64,000 nt of DNA from a virus (Duplodnaviria > Caudoviricetes). Each line of letters begins with the position of its first letter. Position 1 is the stretch's first letter. The DNA is taken from positions 8,888 to 72,887 of the IMG/VR virus record IMGVR_UViG_3300005662_000036, one strand, 5' to 3'. The notes under the pieces were generated by a model. It was not told the origin of the DNA. It made no database searches and was given only the letters and a program-made list of their open reading frames with translations. This document shows, in pieces, positions 1 through 9,212 of the stretch. Both the position numbers and the translations under genes were made by a program.

Positions 1-348
1 CTCGTTTATAACATAAACTATAGTGGAGACAGCAACAATCCTCTAATTGTTGATTTTTATAATTTTACTTTAAACACACAAGGAGTGTACGGTGAAACTG
101 ATTTAATTTCAGGTAAACCAATTTATTTAAGAAAAGGAAATATATATACTTTTAAAATTACTTCTACTGTTGCTGTAAAAATAACAAATTCAGCTGATGG
201 GTCTACTCTTGTAACAAACGGAGTAACTAATAATAATATAACATCAGGATCCATTATTTATTCTGTTCCTGCTTCCTTATCTTCTCCAACTATTCATTGG
301 CTTTTTGCAGAAAATCCTCAAGCAAAAGCAAAGATAATAATTTTTTAA
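1..348 (+). CDS. 5'-truncated hypothetical protein, probably the C-terminus of a virion structural protein
   Basis: Frame is open from base 1 (LVYNINYSGD...) to the stop at 348; beta-rich tail 'YLRKGNIYTF...GVTNN...SIIYSVP' loosely resembles myovirus structural-protein domains. Confidence 0.5.
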   Translation, partial: LVYNINYSGDSNNPLIVDFYNFTLNTQGVYGETDLISGKPIYLRKGNIYTFKITSTVAVKITNSADGSTLVTNGVTNNNITSGSIIYSVPASLSSPTIHWLFAENPQAKAKIIIF

Positions 349-355
349 TTTAAAT

Positions 356-556
356 ATGACTCCAACCAATATTACAAACAAAACAGAGGCTTACGATTAT
401 CTTTTTTATGTTTATAAACAAGAAGCTGAATTTAAACCAGATCTATATGATCAAGCAAAATTATTTTTTACGGAGTTGGAATTAAAAGAATTGTACTTAG
501 GACCAGACATTATTTTTAACGACTGTTTTCCTTGTCACTGCAAGCATATACATTAA
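356..556 (+). CDS. hypothetical protein (66 aa, Cys/His-rich C-terminus)
   Basis: Fills the gap between the upstream ORF and the convergent portal stop; ends CFPCHCKHIH. Confidence 0.55.
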   Translation: MTPTNITNKTEAYDYLFYVYKQEAEFKPDLYDQAKLFFTELELKELYLGPDIIFNDCFPCHCKHIH

Positions 557-2466
557 GACACTGGGCTTGTTGCTGGAGATACAGCTTGTGCTGTTGAAGG
601 CGTTTCAACTTCAGGTCCAGCAGAACTACTTGCTGTGTCAGTAGAGGATGTTTGAGTAGGTTCGTTTGTTTGTCCGCCAAAATCAGGTACTTCACCTTCT
701 CCTGGAGCTTCTTTACCAAATTCGGGTATTTCCGGAGAAGCTCCTCCTCCGCCAGACATCATATCTGATGCTCCTCCAGTAGTGCTGTCTGTAATCTCTT
801 GTTGGCTAGCAGCCAGTTCTCTGAAGTTTGGACCACTAGCTTTAATTTGTTCGAGCTCCCAGGTTAGTGCTGCATCTCTTCTCATCCACTCTCTGTTCTC
901 TTTCATTTCTTCAGCAGACATATCTAAATAGTATTTTTGTGCATAAGATTTAGAAATAAACTCACCTTGAGTTGCAGAATTATAATTTTCAAATTTTAAG
1001 GCAAGAAGCTGTTGGTTGCGCATCGTCATGAAAGACGTTGGCTCGTTAAATTTAATTCTGAAAGACTGTTCTTTCAAATTATATTCATCCCACAAACCTT
1101 TGAGTTTGAGATGAGTAATAAACGTTTGTTTTATGCCTGAAGCAACTTGAGCTTGAAGTCGAATTATAAATCTTGCAAATCTTAATTCATCTCTAGTTAT
1201 TTCTGCTCCATCTTTAAAAACATCACCTGCAGTTAAAAATCTAGAAATTGGAACCTTTAGAGTTTTATATAATTTTGTTAAAAAATAATCTAAGTCTTTT
1301 ATTTCATTAAGAGGATTGGATGAAGGTAGTGTGTTTACTTCAGTTCCCTTTCCAGAAGCATCAACTGGAAACCAATACGCATCCAACATGGATTGTGGAT
1401 CATATACATTAGCAACTTGCTTTTCAGTACCGTTATAAGTTTTTTTTGACCAAAACTTCATCATGAGACCTTTAATGTATGCTTCAGCTCTTGGTGGAGG
1501 CATATTGCCTGTATAGACTTTGAACTGTAATCTTTCTGGTGCTCGAACTAAACGGTAAACCACAACCGCATCTTCTATCAGCGTCAATTGTCTATATGCT
1601 CTTTTACTATTTTCTATAAACGGAATTCGTATTGTTCTAAATTCATTCCACAAATTAGAATGCATATAACTCACTTGAGCTTTTTGTAAGAACAAAAGCT
1701 CTTCTTGATCTTCTCTATTTATAGACTCAGTAGGACCAACGATTGGTTTTCTGAGTAAAAACCCTTTCAATAATTCGTTTTGTACGTTGTGATAAACGGG
1801 ATTAATCAACTCAGAAGGAATCGACATGACTCCTATTATGCCCAATCTCTTTTTTTCTTGATGAATTATGTTTTCAAAAAACACTTCTCCTTCTACAAGG
1901 AGCTGACGAAACAATTCCCATCCTTTATTTTCAAGGTCGAATATTTGAATAAACGAAAAAAACTCTTTAATAATCGAATCTTGAACCGTTTTTGAGTAAG
2001 TGTTTTGAATGTCAATTTTAACAACTTCTTGTTTTTCGTTTAATACAATACATTCATCGCAAATTTCATCTAAGCAGTCAGCTAGTTCAGCATAAGCAGC
2101 CATTTTTCTATAGTCCATCAGCCTATTGCTTTTATCTTTGTCTATTTGTGCATATATAAAAGCTTGGTAGTCTTTATTAAAAGAGAAACTTCCTGGAGTT
2201 CCCGTGCCATAGTTGTCTTTACCTCCAAAATCATCTCCTATAAAAACGGATTGTTTTTGAAGCATTTCTTCTCTATTCGAAGACTGATGTTTAAAGTCGT
2301 AAAATTTTGGATTATTATTAATAAGCGAATCGATAATTTGAAGAGAAAACGGTAATCGATTTAAAACTGCACTCATTAAGCTCGTTTGTGGATAAGGAGA
2401 AGGTTTTGTTCCTCCCGTCGAGTTTCCAGGAACCGAAGCGTTATATGTATATGGTCGATAGATCAC
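553..2466 (-). CDS. gp20: T4-like portal vertex protein
   Basis: gp20 motifs: 'LIEDAVVVYRLVRAPERLQFKVYTGNMPPPRAEAYIKGLM', 'MLDAYWFP', 'DLDYFLTKLYKTLKVPISR', 'EITRDELRFARFIIRLQ'. Confidence 0.97.
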   Translation of the reverse strand: MIYRPYTYNASVPGNSTGGTKPSPYPQTSLMSAVLNRLPFSLQIIDSLINNNPKFYDFKHQSSNREEMLQKQSVFIGDDFGGKDNYGTGTPGSFSFNKDYQAFIYAQIDKDKSNRLMDYRKMAAYAELADCLDEICDECIVLNEKQEVVKIDIQNTYSKTVQDSIIKEFFSFIQIFDLENKGWELFRQLLVEGEVFFENIIHQEKKRLGIIGVMSIPSELINPVYHNVQNELLKGFLLRKPIVGPTESINREDQEELLFLQKAQVSYMHSNLWNEFRTIRIPFIENSKRAYRQLTLIEDAVVVYRLVRAPERLQFKVYTGNMPPPRAEAYIKGLMMKFWSKKTYNGTEKQVANVYDPQSMLDAYWFPVDASGKGTEVNTLPSSNPLNEIKDLDYFLTKLYKTLKVPISRFLTAGDVFKDGAEITRDELRFARFIIRLQAQVASGIKQTFITHLKLKGLWDEYNLKEQSFRIKFNEPTSFMTMRNQQLLALKFENYNSATQGEFISKSYAQKYYLDMSAEEMKENREWMRRDAALTWELEQIKASGPNFRELAASQQEITDSTTGGASDMMSGGGGASPEIPEFGKEAPGEGEVPDFGGQTNEPTQTSSTDTASSSAGPEVETPSTAQAVSPATSPVS

Positions 2467-2496
2467 AAGTTTTAATTATTTGGTTTTGGTAATAAA

Positions 2497-3024
2497 TCAC
2501 TTTACAACAACAAAATGATTTGTAAACTCACTTTTTTTAATTACTTCATAACTTTGTTCAAAATTTGTTAAAGAAAATGTTCCAATTACATCTCCGCTTT
2601 CTAAAGCAATAATGTTTTTTTTACTGTCGAATATAGTTGCAGGGCTTCCTTCGTAAATAATTCCATTAAATAGTGTTTTTCGATAAGCATACTCTTTAAC
2701 TGTTCCTAATCCTTTGATTGGACACTCATGTTCAAACAAGTGTTCGAATTCATGAAGCTTCAGTACACGTTGATGTTTTGTTGATGTCTCTTGAACAAGC
2801 CAATAATCTTTACTAACCTGTTCTTGAAATCCGTTGATAGTAACAGTTTCTCCTTCATTTAATAATCTCGCAAAAACGGTTGATGTTTTTTTGAATTGTT
2901 TAATAAGCGTTGTGTTTTTTCTTATTTCGCATAATATATTATGTGTAGTCTTTTCTATTGTGTTTTTTTCGACCTTTATATATAATGTTTGAAACTCATC
3001 CCACTCTTTACTTTGTTTTGTCAT
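2497..3024 (-). CDS. hypothetical protein
   Basis: 175-aa ORF with no recognised motif; start uncertain (overlaps a divergent ATG). Confidence 0.6.
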   Translation of the reverse strand: MTKQSKEWDEFQTLYIKVEKNTIEKTTHNILCEIRKNTTLIKQFKKTSTVFARLLNEGETVTINGFQEQVSKDYWLVQETSTKHQRVLKLHEFEHLFEHECPIKGLGTVKEYAYRKTLFNGIIYEGSPATIFDSKKNIIALESGDVIGTFSLTNFEQSYEVIKKSEFTNHFVVVK

Positions 3025-3325
3025 GATTCAATTATTTAATAAAAAGACCTCTAATAAGAAATCAAACAACTCACTTGAAATATTACCGCGCTCGTTTTTT
3101 GTGTGGACATCGATTCGAGCAGGAGATGGTATGCTTTTTTTTGAAGAGTATGACGATTATTATAAATTTTTATATTTTCCTGGAAACGATTTTTTTTGTC
3201 TAACCAAACAAGATTTCAATCAGTACGTTAGCCAAGAAATATTAGTTTTTGTTGAATGTATGCCTCAAGATATTTTTGATGAAACGATAAAATATTCGTT
3301 GTCTTGTCTTCAAAAAGCAGAGTAG
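3023..3325 (+). CDS. hypothetical protein (start uncertain)
   Basis: 100-aa ORF, first of a run of small + strand ORFs. Confidence 0.5.
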   Translation: MIQLFNKKTSNKKSNNSLEILPRSFFVWTSIRAGDGMLFFEEYDDYYKFLYFPGNDFFCLTKQDFNQYVSQEILVFVECMPQDIFDETIKYSLSCLQKAE

Positions 3326-3337
3326 ATTACGTTTCGT

Positions 3338-3586
3338 ATGAAAACTAAATATAAAAATAAAGAATCAAACAATGTATCTATTGAAAGAATGTCCGTATAT
3401 GAAATGTGTAGATGGGCCTCTTTGAAAGAAGCAGTTGATATTATTGCAGACAAGTGTGAAGATCGCAAGGTAGATTTTGAAACATTTGATCTAAAACCAT
3501 TAGATATTTTAAAATTTGTGGACACAATGACAGATGATCTATATAATAAAGTTCTAGCACAGACTCCAATACATGAACAAAACTGA
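3338..3586 (+). CDS. hypothetical protein
   Basis: 82-aa ORF tightly packed in the + strand run. Confidence 0.65.
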   Translation: MKTKYKNKESNNVSIERMSVYEMCRWASLKEAVDIIADKCEDRKVDFETFDLKPLDILKFVDTMTDDLYNKVLAQTPIHEQN

Positions 3587-4013
3587 ATTTAAAATTTTAA
3601 CAATCTCCTTAGTTCTTACTTTTGCTTTATCTGCAATAATAGGAGTTGCTGGAAGTTTTATAATTGGCTCGTTTTGGGCATGGTTCTGCTTGTCTTTTTT
3701 TGCACAAGTTATAATATTTGCTATAGCTAATTCGTTTACTATCAATAAGCTTTCTCTCGAGCAAGAAAAAGCAAACGCAATAGCACTTGAACAATTTTCA
3801 AAATTTAGCATTAAAATATCATGCGCATATTGTAATCAATATGCTTTGGTTCCTATTCAGCTAAATCAAAAAAACACGTTTAAATGCGAAAATTGCAATC
3901 AAGTAAATGGAATTTCCATGCAATTTACTTCAACAACAATAACAACACCAATCGAATCAGTTACTGTCCCAATAGACAGCGGAAATTCATTTGAATTTAA
4001 AGTTTCTAGATAA
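3573..4013 (+). CDS. membrane protein with zinc ribbon
   Basis: Two N-terminal hydrophobic segments followed by CAYC-x16-CENC. Confidence 0.7.
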   Translation: MNKTEFKILTISLVLTFALSAIIGVAGSFIIGSFWAWFCLSFFAQVIIFAIANSFTINKLSLEQEKANAIALEQFSKFSIKISCAYCNQYALVPIQLNQKNTFKCENCNQVNGISMQFTSTTITTPIESVTVPIDSGNSFEFKVSR

Positions 4014-4021
4014 TTAAACAC

Positions 4022-4300
4022 GTGGAAAATTTTCAAAATTTTGTAAACTTAAATATTAATTCTATTCTTCCAGAGCCTAAGCCTATTAAACATTTAAGCT
4101 ATCCTTTGGAAACAATTGATGAAGATTTAGCTAGAATTTATTGCTCAATTGATACTCTACTTACAAAAGTGAAAATTGCTCAAAAAAATCCAACGAACGA
4201 ATCTCCAGCATACACTAAGCTATTGAAAAACGTAGAATATAAAGTTGCAAGCTGCAGAGATTTAATCAAACAGATAAATCAGCAAATTCAAAAAATTTAA
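4022..4300 (+). CDS. hypothetical helical protein
   Basis: 92-aa ORF, GTG start, operon packing. Confidence 0.6.
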   Translation: MENFQNFVNLNINSILPEPKPIKHLSYPLETIDEDLARIYCSIDTLLTKVKIAQKNPTNESPAYTKLLKNVEYKVASCRDLIKQINQQIQKI

Positions 4301-4320
4301 TTTTTTTTTTTAATAATTCG

Positions 4321-4349
4321 TTGAAAAAAAAAATCTTTTAGTTTAAATT
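4321..4349 (+). promoter_or_regulatory. sigma70-like promoter candidate
   Basis: TTGAAA-N17-TAAATT just upstream of the 4357 ORF; AT-rich background weakens specificity. Confidence 0.35.
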
Positions 4350-4356
4350 ACAAAGA

Positions 4357-4617
4357 ATGATTTCACCAACAATTTATATAGTCAAACAAGAACAAGTAGG
4401 AAGTCAAGATTTGCAGGAATTTCTTAGAAAACAAATTAAGCTTCAATTTGAAGGAAAAGAATATTACATATCTAAAGAAGAAATAATCGAAAAGCCGACA
4501 CATTATTCAAAAACTCCGAGAAAACTCAGAGGATTTCTTATTAACGAAAACAACACAAAAGGCCATTCGATTTGGTTTGACGTAACAGACATTAAAACTG
4601 TTCAATGGGTAGCTTAA
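4357..4617 (+). CDS. hypothetical protein
   Basis: 86-aa ORF, operon packing. Confidence 0.65.
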   Translation: MISPTIYIVKQEQVGSQDLQEFLRKQIKLQFEGKEYYISKEEIIEKPTHYSKTPRKLRGFLINENNTKGHSIWFDVTDIKTVQWVA

Positions 4618-4621
4618 TCTT

Positions 4622-4924
4622 ATGAGTAACGATTTTATTGAAAAAGCATCAGCTGCATTAAAAGAGGCAGCAAAAACAATGCATGAGCGAGGCGGCGAAT
4701 ATGCTGATACGTGGGGAAAAGACGGGTGCTGGCATCTAACCAAGTCCATTATTAAAAAATATACAGAAAAAGAACTTGATAACGAATCCGTAAAAGCTAT
4801 TGCGTTAGCTTCTTTTATAGATCAAAAGTATTCTCGATTTGCTGGAGGTTATAAACACGATACAGCACTAGACTTAATTCCTTATTTGGGAGCACTTTCA
4901 GAAACAATTAAACAACAACAATAA
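4622..4924 (+). CDS. DUF6378/Nmad-like small helical protein (nucleotide-modification-associated type)
   Basis: 'EAAKTMHERGGEY...W...KYSRF...HDTALDLIPY' fits the R-x2-3-Y / K-x2-R / D-x3-D-x3-Y pattern of these phage families. Confidence 0.6.
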   Translation: MSNDFIEKASAALKEAAKTMHERGGEYADTWGKDGCWHLTKSIIKKYTEKELDNESVKAIALASFIDQKYSRFAGGYKHDTALDLIPYLGALSETIKQQQ

Positions 4925-4939
4925 ATAACACACTACATT

Positions 4940-6178
4940 ATGTCAACCATATTCATACAAATAGCTTCTTATAGAGATCCTCAACTTGTTCCAACACTTA
5001 AAGATTGCATTGCTAAAGCCAAATATCCAAAAAATTTGAGATTTTGTATTGCATGGCAACACGATGAAACGGAAAATTTAGACGAATTTAAAAACGACAA
5101 AAGATTCAATATTCTTGATATTCCGTTTGAACAATCTAAAGGAGCATGCTGGGCCAGAAATCAAATCCAACAGCATTATAAAAATGAGACATATACTCTA
5201 CAGCTTGATAGCCATCATAGATTTGTTCAAGACTGGGATGAAGAGTGCATTAACATGATCAAGCAATTACAGGACGATGGTCATAAAAAACCTTTACTAA
5301 CTTCATACATTCCAAGTTTTGATCCAGATAACGATCCAGGAGCAAGAGTTGACGTTCCTTGGAAAATGAATTTCGATCGCTTTATTCCAGAAGGTGCTGT
5401 ATTTTTCTTGCCAGCTTCGATTGACAATTTCCGAGAGTTGCAAAAACCAATTCCTGCTAGATTTTATTCTGCTCACTTTGCTTTCACGTTAGGACAATTC
5501 TGTAAAGAAGTTCCTCACGATCCTGAATATTATTTTCATGGAGAAGAAATTTCTATAGCAGTTAGAGCTTTCACGTGGGGATATGATTTATTCCATCCGC
5601 ACAAAATTGTCGCATGGCATGAATATACCAGAAAAGGTAGAACTAAACAATGGGACGATGACAAACAATGGGTTGCCAGAAACGATGCCTGTCATCTTAA
5701 AAATAGAAAATTGTTTGAAATGGATGGTGAAAAAAGAGATGTTGATTTTGGAGTCTATGGATTTGGTAAAGTAAGAACTTTAGATCAATACGAAAGATAT
5801 TCAGGTCTTTGTTTTAAAAGAAGAGCCATTCAAAAGTATACTTTAGATAATAACATTGCTCCGAATCCTCAATATTCAAACGAAGAAGAATATCGAAACT
5901 CTTTCTTATCAATATTTAAACACTGTATTGATATTGGATATGACCGCGTTCCTGAAAAAGATTATGATTTTTGGTGTGTTGCTTTTCACGGAGAAAACGA
6001 CGAGACTTTATACAGAAAAGATGCAGATCAAGAAGAAATCAGCAGAATGATGAATGATCCAGACAAATATTGTAAAGTTTGGAGAGAATTTAATGCAGAA
6101 GTCAAACCCAAATATTGGGTAGTATGGCCGTTCTCTAAGAGCAAAGGTTGGGGAGAAAGAATGACAGGTAACTTATAA
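4940..6178 (+). CDS. GT60-like (Pfam GlcNAc, Gnt1-like) N-acetylglucosaminyltransferase
   Basis: 'IFIQIASYRDP', 'GACWARN', 'LQLDSHHRFVQDWD', 'YFHGEEI', 'RAFTWGYDLFHP'. Confidence 0.85.
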   Translation: MSTIFIQIASYRDPQLVPTLKDCIAKAKYPKNLRFCIAWQHDETENLDEFKNDKRFNILDIPFEQSKGACWARNQIQQHYKNETYTLQLDSHHRFVQDWDEECINMIKQLQDDGHKKPLLTSYIPSFDPDNDPGARVDVPWKMNFDRFIPEGAVFFLPASIDNFRELQKPIPARFYSAHFAFTLGQFCKEVPHDPEYYFHGEEISIAVRAFTWGYDLFHPHKIVAWHEYTRKGRTKQWDDDKQWVARNDACHLKNRKLFEMDGEKRDVDFGVYGFGKVRTLDQYERYSGLCFKRRAIQKYTLDNNIAPNPQYSNEEEYRNSFLSIFKHCIDIGYDRVPEKDYDFWCVAFHGENDETLYRKDADQEEISRMMNDPDKYCKVWREFNAEVKPKYWVVWPFSKSKGWGERMTGNL

Positions 6179-6179
6179 A

Positions 6180-6755
6180 ATGGAAAAAAAGTTTTTTGTA
6201 GTTTCTTTACCAAGAACCGGAACATCGTCGATAACAAAAATGGCTTTAACGTGTGGGTTAAAGCCTCGACATGCTCCACATTCTCTGTGGAAAAGGTTTG
6301 CTACAGATCACAATTTTTTGTCAGATACTCCAATATACTGTCCTTTTGCTATAAACGAATTTTGCCAAAACGAAAAACTAAACTGTCATTTTATTTACAT
6401 AGATAGAGAGTGGGAAGATCTGTTCCAATCATGGAAAAACTCTAAATTGTTTGCGAACTACGAAAGTATGAAAAAAAACTATTTAGATCCAAACTATAAT
6501 AAACCAATTCCATATGATTTTATTGCATATCAATCAGCATTTAATGGAGATTTGTTGAACGAGCAAAATTACGCAAGCTTGTTTGAAACGCACAAAACCA
6601 CAGTATTTGATATAATCAAGGCTCACAATAAACCGTTGCTTGTTTATAGTTTTAACCAAGGATGGGAGCCTTTTTGCAACTTTATCGAGAAAGATGTTCC
6701 TAGTGATATTTTACCACATTTAAATAAAGGTAAAATGCTAGACAAAATTGTTTGA
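6180..6755 (+). CDS. sulfotransferase-family (Sulfotransfer_4-like) P-loop protein
   Basis: N-terminal 'VVSLPRTGTSS' PAPS-binding loop and C-terminal 'QGWEPFCNFIEKDVP...PHLN'. Confidence 0.75.
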   Translation: MEKKFFVVSLPRTGTSSITKMALTCGLKPRHAPHSLWKRFATDHNFLSDTPIYCPFAINEFCQNEKLNCHFIYIDREWEDLFQSWKNSKLFANYESMKKNYLDPNYNKPIPYDFIAYQSAFNGDLLNEQNYASLFETHKTTVFDIIKAHNKPLLVYSFNQGWEPFCNFIEKDVPSDILPHLNKGKMLDKIV

Positions 6756-6782
6756 TTTATTATTTAAATAAATAAACAGCAA

Positions 6783-7724
6783 ATGAACACAATTATCGTA
6801 CACACTCCTCAAAACGAAGCCAGCAGAACTTATAGATATTATAATTATTTTTGGGAAGATTTTATAAAATTGTTGGAAACAAAATTTTTTGTAAAACAAG
6901 ACACGTATTATGAATACGCTAATATGAAATCTTACTCTGTTAAGCTACTGAATGACGTGTCTTGTAGCGAACTGCTAGAGTGTGAAATGATAATAGAAAA
7001 CGAACAAACAAAACAGTTTGTTATAATGTCCGTTTCTGATTGTTTAACCGGAGCTATTTTAAACCACCAATCAAATGAGCTATGCCAAAAAGTTTTAGTT
7101 GCTCAATTTGATGAACAAAACATACTTGCTCACTTATTAAACAAAAATAATATTTCAAAGTATTCTCCTTGGATTTACTTTCCTTCAAATAAATTCGACC
7201 TAGATGCTTTTTATCAAGCACGTAAAAGTAAAACTGATTTGATAGACAAGTTTTGTTTTTGGGGAACTTCTTTAGAAGATCGTGCTATTTTAAGTCATTT
7301 TAACTCTGAAGTGTTTGACGGAGGACGTCCTATAGGAGATTTTAATACATATGCATCTGTGTTGACACAATATAAAGTCGCATTATCTATAGCAGGCAGA
7401 GGAGAGTTTTGTTACAGAGATATCGAAAATTTTGGGATGGGAGTGCCGATTATAAGATTTGAATATAAAAATAAAATGGCAAAACCTTTAATTCCAAATT
7501 TTCACTATATAAGCGCTGGTGCTCCAGAGGATCTTATATATGATAGAATGGGTCAAAAGCATCACGCGGAAATGATAGAACACAGATTCAATCAAGTAAA
7601 AGACGACAAAGATTTTTTAAAATTTATTTCAGAAAACGCTAGACAGTATTACATAGATAATCTAAATACAGACAGCAGCGTACAATTAACATACAATCTT
7701 TTACAACTACATGAGTGGGAATAA
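6783..7724 (+). CDS. putative GT-B-fold glycosyltransferase (CAP10/exostosin/Glyco_trans_1_2-like C-terminus)
   Basis: 'YKVALSIAGRGEFCYRDIENFGMGVPII', 'IPNFHY', 'ISENARQYY'; lies in the glycan gene cluster. Confidence 0.6.
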   Translation: MNTIIVHTPQNEASRTYRYYNYFWEDFIKLLETKFFVKQDTYYEYANMKSYSVKLLNDVSCSELLECEMIIENEQTKQFVIMSVSDCLTGAILNHQSNELCQKVLVAQFDEQNILAHLLNKNNISKYSPWIYFPSNKFDLDAFYQARKSKTDLIDKFCFWGTSLEDRAILSHFNSEVFDGGRPIGDFNTYASVLTQYKVALSIAGRGEFCYRDIENFGMGVPIIRFEYKNKMAKPLIPNFHYISAGAPEDLIYDRMGQKHHAEMIEHRFNQVKDDKDFLKFISENARQYYIDNLNTDSSVQLTYNLLQLHEWE

Positions 7725-8574
7725 TACAGCATTCGTAACTTGTCTTTACAGCAATCTACACGGAACTCCTTTGGGAGGAAGAAGTGCCAGACGTCATCAT
7801 TATCTGCAATCATTGAAAACTTTGTTAAATACAAATTGCGATTTTATTGTCTATGCTTCGGAAGAAGATACTGAACAAATACAACAAACTGAAGGATTAT
7901 GCAATAATCCAAAACTTAAAGTTATTACAGAAGATATTTTTCAACATCCAGATCTTCCGTTTTTTCAAAAAAAGAAAAAAGATCTTAATATTGTAAACGA
8001 CGATCGTTGTTATGAAATCATGCATAGTAAAGCTCGTTGGTTGAGTAATCATGCTAATGATGGTTACGATTTTATATATTGGATTGATTGCGGTCTTTCT
8101 TATGGATCTTTGTTTCCTGGAAAATACAGAAGTGGAGCCGGATTTGCACATTGGTTTAGCTGTTCATTATTCAATGAAACGATGGTTAGCAATTTAAATA
8201 AATCAGCGAACAATCTAATCTTACTAGTAGCAGATCAAAAAAACAACTGCATGGGACCTTTCCCGAACGATTTGCTATTTGATTCTGTTATTGAACATAA
8301 AAGCAGAGATTATGTAGTTGGAGGTCTTTTTGGAGGAAAGTCATCAGATGTACTGCATTTTTGCGAGTCTTACTTTGCTATTCTTAATAAAATGAAGAAT
8401 TTAGATGTTCTTCAATCCGAAGAATTATTGTTAACCGCTTTATATTTGCAAACTCCTCAAAAGTTTTCGCCTCTTATCTTTACTTCATGGCATCCAGAAG
8501 ATAGTGACATGGCTATATATAATAAACCAGATGATGTAAGCTTTTACAAAATTTTCGAAAAATTAAACAATTAA
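7711..8574 (+). CDS. HtrL/YibB (WlaTC)-family protein
   Basis: 'FVTCLY', 'IYWIDCGL', 'VVGGLFGG', 'EELLLTALY' motif series. Confidence 0.7.
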   Translation: MSGNNTAFVTCLYSNLHGTPLGGRSARRHHYLQSLKTLLNTNCDFIVYASEEDTEQIQQTEGLCNNPKLKVITEDIFQHPDLPFFQKKKKDLNIVNDDRCYEIMHSKARWLSNHANDGYDFIYWIDCGLSYGSLFPGKYRSGAGFAHWFSCSLFNETMVSNLNKSANNLILLVADQKNNCMGPFPNDLLFDSVIEHKSRDYVVGGLFGGKSSDVLHFCESYFAILNKMKNLDVLQSEELLLTALYLQTPQKFSPLIFTSWHPEDSDMAIYNKPDDVSFYKIFEKLNN

Positions 8575-8592
8575 ACAAATAAAAAATCATTT

Positions 8593-9207
8593 ATGACAAC
8601 AACAATTACAGGCGTTACCAGTTATAAAGGTATAATGCTTCAACAACACGAAAATATATTTAAAGTTTTAGGAGACTTTCTTAAAGAAATTAAGCCCAAG
8701 CGAATTTTAGAAATTGGAACAGGAACAGGAGCATTAACTCTTTTTATAAGAGATTTTCTTGATGAAAACGGACTTTCTGAGACAGAAATAAGAACATTCG
8801 ACGTTAACGACAACACAGAGGTTCACGATAGATTGAGAAATATGACTAACGTTATTGTGTCGAAAGAAAATTTGTTTGCTGGAGGAAATGACTTTACTCT
8901 ATTAAGATACGATTTAATCGAATCTTATATTAAACTAGAAGGTACGACTTTAGTGCTTTGCGATGGAGGTTGTAAAATAAAAGAATTTAATCAAATAGCT
9001 CCTCTTATAAAGGTTGGAGATTTTATTATGGCTCACGACTATGCTGACACACGAGAAAATTTTGATAACAAAATTTACGATAAAATTTGGAACTGGAGAG
9101 AAATAGGAGATGAAGATATCGAAGAAGCAGTTCAAAAAAATAATTTAGTACCATATAATAAAGAAAATTTCGATTCGGTTGTGTGGGTATGCAGAAAAAA
9201 ACAATAA
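8593..9207 (+). CDS. class I SAM-dependent methyltransferase (CmcI/Methyltransf_24-like)
   Basis: 'ILEIGTGTG' motif I, 'VLCDGG', 'LIKVGDFIMAHD'. Confidence 0.8.
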   Translation: MTTTITGVTSYKGIMLQQHENIFKVLGDFLKEIKPKRILEIGTGTGALTLFIRDFLDENGLSETEIRTFDVNDNTEVHDRLRNMTNVIVSKENLFAGGNDFTLLRYDLIESYIKLEGTTLVLCDGGCKIKEFNQIAPLIKVGDFIMAHDYADTRENFDNKIYDKIWNWREIGDEDIEEAVQKNNLVPYNKENFDSVVWVCRKKQ

Positions 9208-9212
9208 AGATT

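Noticed and set aside
3022-3025. Head-to-head overlapping ATGs (CATG) of divergent ORFs
   Set aside because: Leaves no room for promoters, so one start is probably mis-called; CATG overlaps arise easily by chance
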